From an uncultured delta proteobacterium (lineage in GTDB: Bacteria > Myxococcota > Myxococcia > Myxococcales > Anaeromyxobacteraceae): a DNA stretch of 64,000 bases. The stretch lies in NCBI GenBank assembly GCA_963766715.1, contig CAVYBH010000001.1:64001-128000 (forward strand), given 5' to 3'. The first letter of the stretch is position 1; every line of letters starts with the position of its first letter. Positions 39,880 to 50,138 of the stretch are shown piece by piece. The notes under the pieces are model-generated. The model saw only the letters and a list, made by a program, of their open reading frames with translations. It did no database searches and was not told the DNA's origin. Position numbers and translations under genes: made by a program.

Positions 39880-41271
39880 CTAGCGCAGGGCCTCGACGAG
39901 TCGTTCGAGCTTCATCCCCCGGCTGCCCTTCACGAGCAGCGCGTCGCCGGGGCGGAGCCGCTCGCGCACGAACGCCGCGAGGGCCTGGGGATCCTCGGTG
40001 TGGAAGGCCGAGGCGGGATCGAGGCCGGCGGCCAGCGCCGCCTCGTGGGTGAGACGGGCGCGGGGCCCGAAGGTGGCGAGCAGGGAGAGGCCGGCGGCGG
40101 CCGCGTCGCGCCCCAGCTCCCGGTGCAGGTCGTCCCCGGCCGGGCCCAGCTCGAGCATGTCGCCCAGCGCGGCCAGCGCGCGCCCGCCTCCGGCGAGCTG
40201 CCGGACCGTCCGGAGCGCGGCCTTCATCGAGGCCGGGTTCGCGTTGTAGCAGTCGTCGACGAGGAGGACGCCGGAGGGGAGCCGCTCGACGCGCAGGCGC
40301 CGTCCCACCGGGCGCACGTCGGCGAGCCCGCGGACGATCTCCCGGTCGCTGCAGCCCAGCGCGAGCGCGGCGGCGGCGGCGGCCGCGGCGTTCACGGCGT
40401 TGTGCTCCCCGACGAGCGGGAGCCGCACCGTCACCTCCTTCGTCCCGATGCCGAGCAGGAAGGCGATGCCCTCCGGCCCCTGCTCGAGGACGTCGAGGAG
40501 CGCCACGTCGGCCTTGCGGTCGCGGCCGGCGGCGAAGGTGAGCACCTTCCGTCCCGACTCGAGGGCCCTCCGCAGCATGCGCGGGTCGTCCGCGTTGGCC
40601 ACCACGATGCCGTCCGGCGGGAGCCCCTTGTAGAGCTCCCCCTTGGCGTCGGCCACGCCGTCGACCGAGCCGAGACCCTCCAGGTGGGCGGCGAAGGCGT
40701 TCGTCACCACGCCCACGCGCGGCTCGGCGATGCCGGCCAGGCGCGCGATCTCGCCGCGGTGGCTCATGCCCATCTCGATCACCGCGGCCTGGTGCTCCGG
40801 CCCGAGCCGGAAGAGCGTGAGCGGGACGCCCACCTCGTTGTTCAGGTTGCCCTCGGTCTTGAGGACCGGCCCGCGCGTGGCCAGGATGGCGGCGATCATC
40901 TCGCGCGTGGTGGTCTTGCCGTTCGAGCCGGTGACGCCCACCACGGGGATGGCGAAGCGGCGCCGGTGGAGCCGGGCCAGCCCGCCCAGGGCCTCGAGCG
41001 TGTCCGCGACGGCGAGCAGCGGCAGCCCGGGAGGCGCGCTCCCGGCGCGGTCGGCGGCAACGACGGCGCAGGCGGCGCCTGCGCGCGCCGCCTCGGCGAG
41101 GAAGTCGTGCCCGTCGAACCGCTCGCCGCGCAGCGCCACGAAGGCGCTGCCCGGGGAGATGGCCCGGGTGTCGGTGGAGACGCCGGAGGCGGAGGCGGCG
41201 GGCGCGCCAATCCACCGGCCGCCGGTGGCGGAGACCAGGTCACTCGCGGTGAAGTTGGGGCCCGGGCTCAC
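39880..41271 (-). CDS. murF: UDP-N-acetylmuramoyl-tripeptide--D-alanyl-D-alanine ligase
   Basis: [47 protein letters not shown]. Confidence 0.96.
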   Translation of the reverse strand: MSPGPNFTASDLVSATGGRWIGAPAASASGVSTDTRAISPGSAFVALRGERFDGHDFLAEAARAGAACAVVAADRAGSAPPGLPLLAVADTLEALGGLARLHRRRFAIPVVGVTGSNGKTTTREMIAAILATRGPVLKTEGNLNNEVGVPLTLFRLGPEHQAAVIEMGMSHRGEIARLAGIAEPRVGVVTNAFAAHLEGLGSVDGVADAKGELYKGLPPDGIVVANADDPRMLRRALESGRKVLTFAAGRDRKADVALLDVLEQGPEGIAFLLGIGTKEVTVRLPLVGEHNAVNAAAAAAAALALGCSDREIVRGLADVRPVGRRLRVERLPSGVLLVDDCYNANPASMKAALRTVRQLAGGGRALAALGDMLELGPAGDDLHRELGRDAAAAGLSLLATFGPRARLTHEAALAAGLDPASAFHTEDPQALAAFVRERLRPGDALLVKGSRGMKLERLVEALR

Positions 41272-42761
41272 GCCGCGCCGAGGCCCCTTCGGGCCTCCTC
41301 CCGGTCGTCGAGGTGGCGCCGCTCGGTGCCCACGATCTGGTAGTCCTCGTGCCCCTTGCCGGCGATGAGCACCGCGTCGCCGGGCCGCGCCGCCTCGAGG
41401 GCCAGCGCGATGGCGGCCCGCCGGTCCTCGACCACGGTGAAGCCGCGGGCGCCGGCGCGCGCCTCGTCCTGGGAGAGCCGGCGGAGCCCCGCCTCCTCGA
41501 CGCCCGGCACGATGGCGGCCAGGATGGCGGCCGGGTCCTCGGTGCGCGGGTTGTCGCTCGTCACCACGACCAGGTCGGCGGCCGCGCCGGCGGCGCGCCC
41601 CATGAGCGGCCGCTTGCCGCGGTCCCGGTCGCCGCCGCAGCCGAAGACCGCGACGAGGCGGCGCGGGGAGAGCGCCCGGAGCGCGGCGCAGGCCGCGGCG
41701 AGCGAGTCGGGCGTGTGCGCGTAGTCGACGAAGGCGGCCACGCCGCGCCCGTCGATGCGCTCGAGCCGGCCCGGGGCGCCGCGCGACGCGGAGAGCCCCT
41801 CCGAGACGGCGTCGGGCGGGATTCCCACGGCGAGCGCCAGGCCCGCCGCGACCTGGAGGTTCTCCAGGTTGTGCGCGCCCACCAGCGGGGAGCGCACCGC
41901 GATCTCCCCGCGCGGGGTCAGGAGCAGGGCCCGCGTGCCGTCCATGCCGCCGCGGACGTCCCGCGCCGCGATCTCGGCGCCGGGCACGCCGAGGCGCCAG
42001 GTGGTCGTCCCGGCCGCGGCCAGCTCCGCGGCGAGCCGCGCCCCGTGCGCGTCGGCGGCGTTCACCACCGCCACGCCGTCGGGCGCGAGCCGCTCGGAGA
42101 AGAGGCGCCGCTTGGCCTGGAAGTAGGACTCGAGGTCCGGGTGGAAGTCGAGGTGATCGCGCCCCAGGTTGGTGAAGCCGGCGGCGCGGAAGGTGAGGCC
42201 GGCCACCCGCTCCTGCTCGAGGGCGTGGGAGGACACCTCGAGGATGGCGAGGCGGGCCCCGGCGTCGGCCATCTCGGCGAGGAGCGACTGCACCTCGGTG
42301 GCGTCGGGCGTGGTGTGGGACGCGGGGCGGGTGCGCCCGGGAACGCGCCAGGAGACCGTGCCGATGACGCCGCAGGGGATCCCGGCGGCGGCGGCGCAGG
42401 CCTCCACCAGGTAGGTGACCGTGGTCTTCCCCTTCGTGCCGGTGACGCCGCAGAGGGAGAGCCGCTCGGCGGGATGGCCGTGGATGGCGGCGGAGGCGAG
42501 CGCCAGCGCGCGGCGCGCCGAGGGAACGAGGAGGAGCGTGGCCGGCGCGCACTCCACCGGCCGCTCGGCCAGCACGGCCACCGCCCCGGCTCGCGCGGCG
42601 GCCGCGGCGAAATCGTGGCCATCCACGCGGGCGCCGGGGACGGCGACGAAGAGGGCGCCGGGCTTCACTTGACGTGAATCGGCGGTCACCAGCGACACCT
42701 CGGCGTCGGGCGCTTGTCCCAGCGAGGCGCCGGTGCCGGGGATGACCGCGGAAAGACGCAT
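41268..42761 (-). CDS. murE: UDP-N-acetylmuramoyl-L-alanyl-D-glutamate--2,6-diaminopimelate ligase
   Basis: VTGTKGKTT, HTTPD, DYAHTPD, GCGGDRD, SDNPR (DAP-type), AGKGHE. Confidence 0.97.
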   Translation of the reverse strand: MRLSAVIPGTGASLGQAPDAEVSLVTADSRQVKPGALFVAVPGARVDGHDFAAAAARAGAVAVLAERPVECAPATLLLVPSARRALALASAAIHGHPAERLSLCGVTGTKGKTTVTYLVEACAAAAGIPCGVIGTVSWRVPGRTRPASHTTPDATEVQSLLAEMADAGARLAILEVSSHALEQERVAGLTFRAAGFTNLGRDHLDFHPDLESYFQAKRRLFSERLAPDGVAVVNAADAHGARLAAELAAAGTTTWRLGVPGAEIAARDVRGGMDGTRALLLTPRGEIAVRSPLVGAHNLENLQVAAGLALAVGIPPDAVSEGLSASRGAPGRLERIDGRGVAAFVDYAHTPDSLAAACAALRALSPRRLVAVFGCGGDRDRGKRPLMGRAAGAAADLVVVTSDNPRTEDPAAILAAIVPGVEEAGLRRLSQDEARAGARGFTVVEDRRAAIALALEAARPGDAVLIAGKGHEDYQIVGTERRHLDDREEARRGLGAA

Positions 42762-42844
42762 GGATTCGAGTGGACTGCCTCCGGCCGGAGCCTATCGCCT
42801 AGGCGATATCGGGGGCAGCTTTTTGCCTCCCTTTCCGCCGGATT

Positions 42845-44854
42845 TCAACCGGGCGGCGCGAGCGTGAGACGGACCCGGGTGCCTCTCTGGACGACCTCGC
42901 CCGCGCGCGGGACCTGGCCGGTGACGCGCCCGGTGCCGCGGAGGTCGCCGGCCAGGTCGGCCGACTCGAGCCGCCGGAGCGCCGAGCGGGCGGCCAGCCC
43001 CTGGAGCGCAGGCACCGCCACCCCGCCCGTGCCCTGCGGAGGCTTGCGCGGCGCGAACTCGACCTGCGGGACCGGGGCCACGTCCTCCCGCTCGACGCCC
43101 GTCTCGGCGGGCCCGGGCGGGGCGAGTGGGGGGAGCGCGGCGACGGCGGCGCCGGTGGGCGCGACGCCGCCCGCCTTGAGCGCGTACTCGGCGACGTCCC
43201 GGAACACCGGGGCCGCCACCTCGCCGCCGTAGATCTCGCCCTTGGGCTCGTCGATGAAGACCCCGATGACCACGCGGGGGGCGTCGGCCGGGGCGAAGCC
43301 GACGAAGGAGGCGAACTGCTTGTCGGCCGAGTAGCCGCCGGTCACCGGGTCGGCCTTCTGGGCGGTGCCGGTCTTGCCGGCCAGCCGCCAGCCGGCGAGC
43401 CGGGCGCGCTTGCCGGTCCCGTCCGGATCGGCGATCACGCCCTCGAGCCACTCCGTCACCTGCCGCGCGGTCTCGGCCGAGACCACCCGCCGGACGGGAG
43501 TGGGAACGGCCTCGCTCATGACGTCGCCCGTCACCGGATCGACCACCCGCCGGACCAGCCACGGCTTCATGAGCACGCCGCGGTTGGCGAGCGCCGCCAT
43601 GGCTTGCGTGATCTGGAGGGCCGACGCGGTCATGCCCTGGCCGAAGCTCATCGTGGCGAGCGAGATCTCGGCCTTGGGGTAGGGGATCTGCCCGCGCGGC
43701 TCGCCGGGAATCCCGGTCTGGGTCCGCTCGCCGAGCCCGAAGGCGAGGTAGGCCTGCTGCAGCCGGTCCCGTCCGAGCCGCTGGCCGACCTTGGCCGCGC
43801 AGATGTTGGAGCTGGCCGCCATCACCCGGGCCGGCGGGACCCAGCCGAGCCCCTTGTGGTCGTGGATGACGTGGCTGCCCACCGCCCAGCGCCCGTTCTC
43901 GCAGAAGATGGAGGTGGTCGGCGTGATGGCGCCCTCGTCGAGCGCGCGGGCCAGCACGAAGGCCTTCATCGTCGACCCCGGCTCGAAGCTGTCGAGGATG
44001 GCGCGGTTGCGCAGGTCCTCCTTGCGCGGGGCGTTGGGGTTGAGGAGCGGGACGTTGGCGAGCGCCAGGATCTCGCCGGTGCCCGGGTCGATCACGATGA
44101 CCATGCCCGAGGCGGCGCGCGCCTGGGCCACCGCCTGGGCGAGCGATCGCTCGGCGGCGTTCTGGAGCCCCTGGTCGATGGTCAGCTCGACCCGGGAGCC
44201 CTCCAGCACCCGCTCCGGAACGGTCGCCGCGCCGAGCAGGTGGGCGCCGCGCGCATCGCGCAGGGACGGGAGCCGCGTGCCCTCGCCCTGCAGCGAGTCG
44301 TCCCAGGCCCGCTCGATTCCCTCGAGCCCCTCGCCGTCGTCGCCGACGATCCCGAGGAGCTGCCCGGCCAGCTCGCGCCGGGGGTAGTAGCGACGCGTCT
44401 CCTTCACGAACCCGACGCCGGCCATCTTCATGGCCCGGACCTGGTCGGCCTCGGCCGGCGAGACCCGGCGCTTCACCCAGGCGAAGCGGGCGCCCTTCCC
44501 GATCTTCTTCTCGAGCGCCTTGGGCTCGAGCTGCAGCGCCTTGGCGAGCCGGACCACGTCGCGGGTGCGGCTGCCGGCGGGGAACTCGCGCGGGTCCACG
44601 AAGATGGAGTCGGCCTCGGCGTTTCCCGCCAGCACCGCGCCGTTGCGGTCGGTGATGGCGCCGCGGCGCGGCTTCAGCGTGAGGTCGCGGAGGTACTGGT
44701 CGCGCGCCAGGCTGCCCAGCCGGTCGCCCTGCAAGACTTGAAGCTGCGCCGATCGTCCGGCCACCACGGCGAACCCCGCCGCGAAGGCGAAGGCCACGAT
44801 CCCGATCCGGATGGCGATCCAGCGCGCCGAGCGGGCGTCGATTCCGGCGCGCAT
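42845..44854 (-). CDS. ftsI: Class B penicillin-binding protein (FtsI/PBP3) with C-terminal PASTA
   Basis: RGAITDRNG, EPGSTMK (SxxK), SSN, GKTGTAQK; C-terminal VPALQG…QVPRAG. Confidence 0.94.
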   Translation of the reverse strand: MRAGIDARSARWIAIRIGIVAFAFAAGFAVVAGRSAQLQVLQGDRLGSLARDQYLRDLTLKPRRGAITDRNGAVLAGNAEADSIFVDPREFPAGSRTRDVVRLAKALQLEPKALEKKIGKGARFAWVKRRVSPAEADQVRAMKMAGVGFVKETRRYYPRRELAGQLLGIVGDDGEGLEGIERAWDDSLQGEGTRLPSLRDARGAHLLGAATVPERVLEGSRVELTIDQGLQNAAERSLAQAVAQARAASGMVIVIDPGTGEILALANVPLLNPNAPRKEDLRNRAILDSFEPGSTMKAFVLARALDEGAITPTTSIFCENGRWAVGSHVIHDHKGLGWVPPARVMAASSNICAAKVGQRLGRDRLQQAYLAFGLGERTQTGIPGEPRGQIPYPKAEISLATMSFGQGMTASALQITQAMAALANRGVLMKPWLVRRVVDPVTGDVMSEAVPTPVRRVVSAETARQVTEWLEGVIADPDGTGKRARLAGWRLAGKTGTAQKADPVTGGYSADKQFASFVGFAPADAPRVVIGVFIDEPKGEIYGGEVAAPVFRDVAEYALKAGGVAPTGAAVAALPPLAPPGPAETGVEREDVAPVPQVEFAPRKPPQGTGGVAVPALQGLAARSALRRLESADLAGDLRGTGRVTGQVPRAGEVVQRGTRVRLTLAPPG

Positions 44855-44860
44855 CGCCGC

Positions 44861-45295
44861 TCAGGGACGGGCCGCGTCCGGCGCGCCCGTGCGGGGGCCC
44901 GTCCGGGCCTCCCGCCGCTTCGTCGTCTTCACATCTGGCTCCGCCGGGCCAGGGCGCTGGTCTGCCCCGTCGCCAACCCCGCCCGACAACCCAACCTTCC
45001 CGCCCACCGTACCCGCCACCACCGCACCCGGTGCCGGCGGAGCCATTCCCAACCGCTCGCGCGCGAACCGCTCCAGGCGGCCCGGCGAGCGCAAAGTCGC
45101 CACCTCGAGGTTCAGACGATCCCGATCGGCCAGCAGCTGCCGATGCTCGGCCTCCAGGCGCCCGAGCTCGTAGCCGGCGCCCTGCACGCGGGTCCGCGAC
45201 CACACGTGGAAGACCCCCACGGCGGCCAGCGGGGCCGCGAGGAGCAGCCCGGCGAGCACGGTGGCCACGCCGGCCCTGTGTCCCGGGGCCTTCAT
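44861..45295 (-). CDS. ftsL: Cell division protein FtsL
   Basis: TM, leucine zipper, [17 protein letters not shown]; lies between rsmH and ftsI. Confidence 0.85.
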   Translation of the reverse strand: MKAPGHRAGVATVLAGLLLAAPLAAVGVFHVWSRTRVQGAGYELGRLEAEHRQLLADRDRLNLEVATLRSPGRLERFARERLGMAPPAPGAVVAGTVGGKVGLSGGVGDGADQRPGPAEPDVKTTKRREARTGPRTGAPDAARP

Positions 45296-46226
45296 CGGAC
45301 CTTCACCACGGCGCGGAGCCTGGCGCTCCGGGAGCGCGGATTGGCGGCCACCTCGGCGTCGGAGGCCACCACGGCCTTCTTCGTGACCGGCCGGAATTCC
45401 GGGTTCGACCCGCACTGGCAGACCGGCAGCCGCGGCGGGCAGGTGCACTCGCGGGTGAGCGCCTGGAAGGCCCGCTTCACCATCCGGTCCTCCAGCGAGT
45501 GGAAGCTGATGGCCGCGGCGCGCCCGCCCTTCGAGAGGATGCGCGGGAGCGACTCGAGCCAGGCGGCGAGCGCCCCCAGCTCGTCGTTCACGGCGATGCG
45601 CAGCGCCTGGAAGGTGCGGGTGGCCGGGTGGATGTTGCGCGGCCAGGCCTTGCGCGGGATGGCGCCGGAGACCACCTCGGCGAGCCGGGCGGTGTCGATG
45701 GAGCGGGCCCCGTGCTTCTCCACGGCCTGCCGGATGGCCCGGGCGATGGGGCGGGCGAAGGGCTCCTCGCCGTACTCGCGGAGGATCCGGGTCAGCTCGG
45801 CCACGTCGGCGCGCTCGAGCAGCTCGGCGAGGGTCTCGCCCTCGTCGCCATCCGCATGTCGAGGGGGCCCGGGCGGGAGAAGGAGAAGCCGCGCTCGGCC
45901 ACGTCGAGCTGGGGGGAGGAGACGCCCAGGTCGACGAGCGCGCCGTCCACCCGCTCGATGCCCAGCGAGCGGAGCACGCCCTCGGCGTCGCGGAAGTCGG
46001 CGCGAACGGCGCGGAAGGCCTCGCCGAAGCGGGCCAGGCGTGCGCGCGCCGCGGCCAGCGCGCGCGGATCGCGGTCGGTGCCGATCACCTGCGCCCCCTG
46101 CTCGAGCAGCGCTTCCGCGTGTCCGCCGCCGCCCAGCGTGCCGTCGAGGAGGATCGCGCCGGCGCGCGGCTGGAGGAGCAGGACGACCTCGCTCTGGAGA
46201 ACGGTCGCATGCGAGAACCCGGTCAC
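45292..46226 (-). CDS. rsmH: 16S rRNA C1402 N4-methyltransferase; frameshift near 45850
   Basis: [56 protein letters not shown]. Confidence 0.95.
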
Positions 46227-46522
46227 CCGGCCCTCATGGCGTCGGCCACGTCGGGGTGGAACTCGACGCCGTAGCCGCCACCGGCGAGGACGAGGTCGCG
46301 GACGTACCGGCTCGCGCCGGCCAGCCGGAGTCCCGGGACCTCGCGCAGCAGGCGCGCCCCGGCGTAGTGGAGGTGGCGCACGCGGGAGAGGTCGATCACC
46401 ACGAGGCGGCCGACCGCGCGGGCCCGGGCCGAGGCGGCGGCCACGCTCGCCAGCTCGGCGAGCGACAGCTCCCCGTAGCAGCGGAGCACGGTGACGCCTG
46501 TTTCCTCGCGAAGGACGTGCAT
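46223..46522 (-). CDS. Small STAS-like protein
   Basis: [10 protein letters not shown]…[15 protein letters not shown]…[13 protein letters not shown] follows the STAS strand/helix pattern; its stop overlaps the rsmH start. Confidence 0.75.
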   Translation of the reverse strand: MHVLREETGVTVLRCYGELSLAELASVAAASARARAVGRLVVIDLSRVRHLHYAGARLLREVPGLRLAGASRYVRDLVLAGGGYGVEFHPDVADAMRAG

Positions 46523-46525
46523 GGC

Positions 46526-46957
46526 CTATCCGAAGAAGTCCACGACCTGGTCGGCCGGGATGTCCCGCTCCATCTGCTCGTCGTAGATGGCGCGGTCGAA
46601 GATCTGGATGGTGCGCCCCATGCCCACCCAGACCACGTCCTTCGACAGCTGCGCGAAGTCGCGGAGCGTGGGCGGGACGAGGACGCGCCCGTGGACGTCG
46701 AGATCCACCTCGGCGGCCGAGGAGTAGAACTTGAGGATGTTGCGCTGGGCGCGGGCGTCGAGGGGGCTCGTGGCGAGCACCTTCTTCTCGAGCTCCTTCC
46801 ACACCGACTGGGGCAGGGCCTGCACGGCGCGCCAGTGCGGATACTGGGTGAGCACCAGCTTCGTCTCGCCGGCGGCCGCGAGCGCATCCCGGAACTTCAC
46901 CGGGAGGCTGGTGCGCCCCTTCGCGTCGATCGAATGCTGGAAGGTTCCGAAGAACAC
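46526..46957 (-). CDS. mraZ: Division/cell wall cluster transcriptional repressor MraZ
   Basis: [18 protein letters not shown] and DVHGRVLVP duplicated motifs; first gene of the dcw cluster. Confidence 0.95.
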   Translation of the reverse strand: MFFGTFQHSIDAKGRTSLPVKFRDALAAAGETKLVLTQYPHWRAVQALPQSVWKELEKKVLATSPLDARAQRNILKFYSSAAEVDLDVHGRVLVPPTLRDFAQLSKDVVWVGMGRTIQIFDRAIYDEQMERDIPADQVVDFFG

Positions 46958-46972
46958 GGCTTGCCCGATCCT

Positions 46973-47007
46973 GCCACCGAGATCCACTGCGTGACACTTT
47001 TTCCCAC
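46973..47007 (-). promoter_or_regulatory. MraZ-binding repeats
   Basis: Minus strand GTGGG-aaaaa-GTGTC-acgca-GTGGA-tctcg-GTGGC with exact 10-bp period; TTGACT at 47046-47041. Confidence 0.8.
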
Positions 47008-47228
47008 CGACGTGCCGATCTATGAAGATCGAGGGGGCGAAGTCAAGAAGCCCCGGAGAAACCCGTGGTTGCACTGCTCAGACGTCTAGCCAGGGAACGA
47101 GGGATTGGGGGTGGGAAGGTGCCCACACCCCACGGGTGGGAGGGCCCCTTTCGCGGGTGACGACCTTGCGCCGGGCCCCTTGCGCGAGAATGCTCCGGCC
47201 TCCCCCGCTCGACCCGAGGACACCCCAG

Positions 47229-48056
47229 ATGGCCACGCTCCAGGGAAAGACCCTCTTCATCACCGGCGCCACCCGCGGGATCGGCAAGGCCATCGGCCTC
47301 GCGGCCGCCCGCGACGGCGCGAACGTCGTCGTGGCCGGCAAGTCGAACGTGCCGAATCCCAAGCTCCCCGGGACCATCCACAGCGCGGCGGCCGAGATCG
47401 AGGCCGCGGGGGGAAAGGCGCTCGCGCTCGCGCTCGACGTCCGCGACGAGGCGGCCATCCCGGTGGCGATGGCGCGCGCCGCCGATCGCTTCGGCGGCAT
47501 CGACGTCCTCGTGAACAACGCCAGCGCCATCTTCCTGGCGGGCACCGCCGGCACGCCGGCCAAGCGCTGGGACCTCATGAGCCAGGTGAACGCCCGCGGG
47601 ACCTTCCTGTGCTCGCAGGCGGCGCTGCCCTTCCTCGAGAAGGCGGCGAACCCGCACGTCCTCATGCTCTCGCCGCCGCTCGACCTGAAGGCGAAGTGGT
47701 TCGCGCCCCACGTGGCCTACACCATCGCCAAGTACGCGATGAGCCTGTGCGTGCTGGGCATGGCCGAGGAGCTCCGCCCGAAGGGGATCGCGGTGAACGC
47801 GCTCTGGCCGCGCACCGTCATCGACACCGCGGCGCTCAACCTGCTCGGCGGCGAGGAGCTGGCGCGGCACGCCCGCCGGCCGGAGATCGTCGCCGACGCG
47901 GCCCGGGCCATCCTGCTCCGCGACGCCCGGACCGCGACCGGAAACTTCTACCTCGACGACGAGGTGCTGCGCGCCGAGGGGGTCACCGACCTCTCCCGCT
48001 ACGCCGTCGTTCCCGGCGCGACGCTCGCGCCCGACCTGTTCGTCGAGCCGTCGTAG
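47229..48056 (+). CDS. Short-chain dehydrogenase (HSDL2-like)
   Basis: ITGATRGIG, VNNASAI, YTIAK, NALWPRTVIDTAA. Confidence 0.92.
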   Translation: MATLQGKTLFITGATRGIGKAIGLAAARDGANVVVAGKSNVPNPKLPGTIHSAAAEIEAAGGKALALALDVRDEAAIPVAMARAADRFGGIDVLVNNASAIFLAGTAGTPAKRWDLMSQVNARGTFLCSQAALPFLEKAANPHVLMLSPPLDLKAKWFAPHVAYTIAKYAMSLCVLGMAEELRPKGIAVNALWPRTVIDTAALNLLGGEELARHARRPEIVADAARAILLRDARTATGNFYLDDEVLRAEGVTDLSRYAVVPGATLAPDLFVEPS

Positions 48057-48166
48057 CCGCGCCGCGGGCGCCCCCGGGCGGGCGGGACCCGTCCCCGTCC
48101 GGGCGCGTCCGGAAACTGGCGCGGGGACGCCCCCGGAGCCATCGTCGGGGCGACCGGCCCTTCGTC

Positions 48167-48658
48167 ATGAGCTTCCGCTATCGATCCTTCTCGCTCCTCC
48201 CGCTGGCGCTCCTCCTCTGCGCGGCGGCGGGCGCGCTGACGGCGCTCTCCGCGCCCTCGCCCTGGACGCTCGCGGTCCTCCTGCCGCTGCCGGCGGCGGC
48301 GGGGGCGGCGCTGCTCTGGGTGGCGCAGCGGGACGAGGCCTCCCGGCTGGGCTCGCTCGAGATCGACGGCGCCGGCCTTCGCCGGGTCCGCGGCGACGGC
48401 CGGGTCCTCCACGTGGTGCGGTGGGACGAGATCCGGGCCGTGCTCGTCGACCCCGCCCGGCGCGAGGCGCTGGTGATGGTCCCCGGCGGCGGCGGGTTCC
48501 CGGTGCGCGGCGCGCCGCTCCTCGGCGGCGTCGGGCTCGAGCACTTCCAGGCCTTCGTCGAGATGCTGCCCGACTTCACGAGCGCGCCCATCAGCCTGCC
48601 GGAGCACCCGGCCCGCCGGGCGCGCGGCGGGCCGGGTGCCGGCTCGATCGCCCGCTGA
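48167..48658 (+). CDS. Hypothetical membrane protein (two TM plus PH-like tail)
   Basis: Two hydrophobic helices then LEIDGAGL…[11 protein letters not shown]3 bias. Confidence 0.65.
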   Translation: MSFRYRSFSLLPLALLLCAAAGALTALSAPSPWTLAVLLPLPAAAGAALLWVAQRDEASRLGSLEIDGAGLRRVRGDGRVLHVVRWDEIRAVLVDPARREALVMVPGGGGFPVRGAPLLGGVGLEHFQAFVEMLPDFTSAPISLPEHPARRARGGPGAGSIAR

Positions 48659-50022
48659 CTACTTCGGCGAACTCGACCTTGGGCAGGTGGGCGAGCGACT
48701 CCTTCACCTTCTCGGCCGGGTACTCGAAGTCCTCGAGCTTGCCGGAGAAGTAGGCGTCGTAGGCCGCCATGTCCACGTGGCCGTGGCCGGAGAGGTTGAA
48801 GAGGATCACCTTCTCCTTGCCCTCCTGCTTGGCGAGGAGCGCCTCGTCGATGGCCACCCGGATGGCGTGGGCCGACTCGGGCGCCGGGATGATGGCCTCC
48901 GTCTGCGCGAAGGTCACCGCCGCCTCGAAGACCGCCAGCTGGCCGACCGCCCGGGCCTCGATGATGCCGGCGTCCACGAGCTGGGAGACCAGCGGCGAGG
49001 CGCCGTGGTAGCGCAGGCCGCCGGCGTGGATGCCGGGCGGCATGAAGTCGTGACCCAGCGTGTACATGCGGGAGATGGGCGCCATCTGGGCGGTGTCGCC
49101 GTAGTCGAAGGCGTAGACGCCCTTCGTCAGGGTGGGGCAGGAGCTGGGCTCGGCGGCCACCAGCCGCACCTTCGAGCCCGTGGCCTTGTCGGCGACGTAG
49201 GGGAAGGCGATCCCGGCGAAGTTGGAGCCGCCGCCGTGGCAGCCGATGACCACGTCGGGCGCGTCGCCGGCCAGCTTCATCTGCTCCTTGGCCTCGAGCC
49301 CGATGACGGTCTGGTGCATGCACACGTGGTTCAGCACGCTGCCCAGCGCGTAGCGGGTGTCCTCGCGGGTGGCGGCGTCCTCCACCGCCTCGCTGATGGC
49401 GATGCCCAGCGAGCCCAGGTTGTCCGGGTCCCGGGCCAGGATGGCGCGCCCGGCGTTGGTGCGGGGCGAGGGCGAGGCGAGCACCTCGGCCCCCCACAGC
49501 TGCATCATGCTCTTGCGGTAGGGCTTCTGCTCGTAGCTCACCCTCACCATGTAGACGGTGCACTCGAGGCCGAACATCTTGCAGGCCAGCGCAATCGAGC
49601 TGCCCCACTGGCCGGCGCCGGTCTCGCTGGCGATGCGCTTCGTGCCGGCGATCTTGTTGTAGTAGGCCTGGGGCACCGCGGTGTTGGGCTTGTGCGAGCC
49701 CGCCGGGGAGACGCCCTCGTACTTGTAGTAGATGCGGGCCGGCGTCCCGAGCGCCTTCTCCAGGCGGTGGGCGCGGAAGAGCGGGCTGGGGCGCCAGAAT
49801 CTTGTAGATCTCGCGGACCTCGTCGGGGATCTTCACCCAGCGCTCCGGGCTCATCTCCTGCTCGATGAGCCCCATGGGGAAGAGGGGCAGCAGGTCGGCG
49901 GGGGTGACGGGCTGCTTCGTCCCCGGGTGGATCACCGGCGCCATCGGGCCGGGCAGGTCCGGGATGACGTTGTACCAGTGGGTGGGGATCTGGTTCTCGG
50001 ACAGCAGGAACTTGGTCTGCAT
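48591..50022 (-). CDS. trpB2: TrpB2-type PLP enzyme (stand-alone tryptophan synthase beta); frameshift near 49797; true stop may be TAG at 48659
   Basis: [47 protein letters not shown]. Confidence 0.92.
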
Positions 50023-50138
50023 CGTGGTGGTGCCCCTTCGGGAAGGAAAGGGGGCGATCGGAACCCGATCGCGCGAGCCGAGTCAAGCGCCGAGCGCCCC
50101 GCCGCGGCTTCCGGCGGGCCCTCCCGCCCGCGTGCGGC

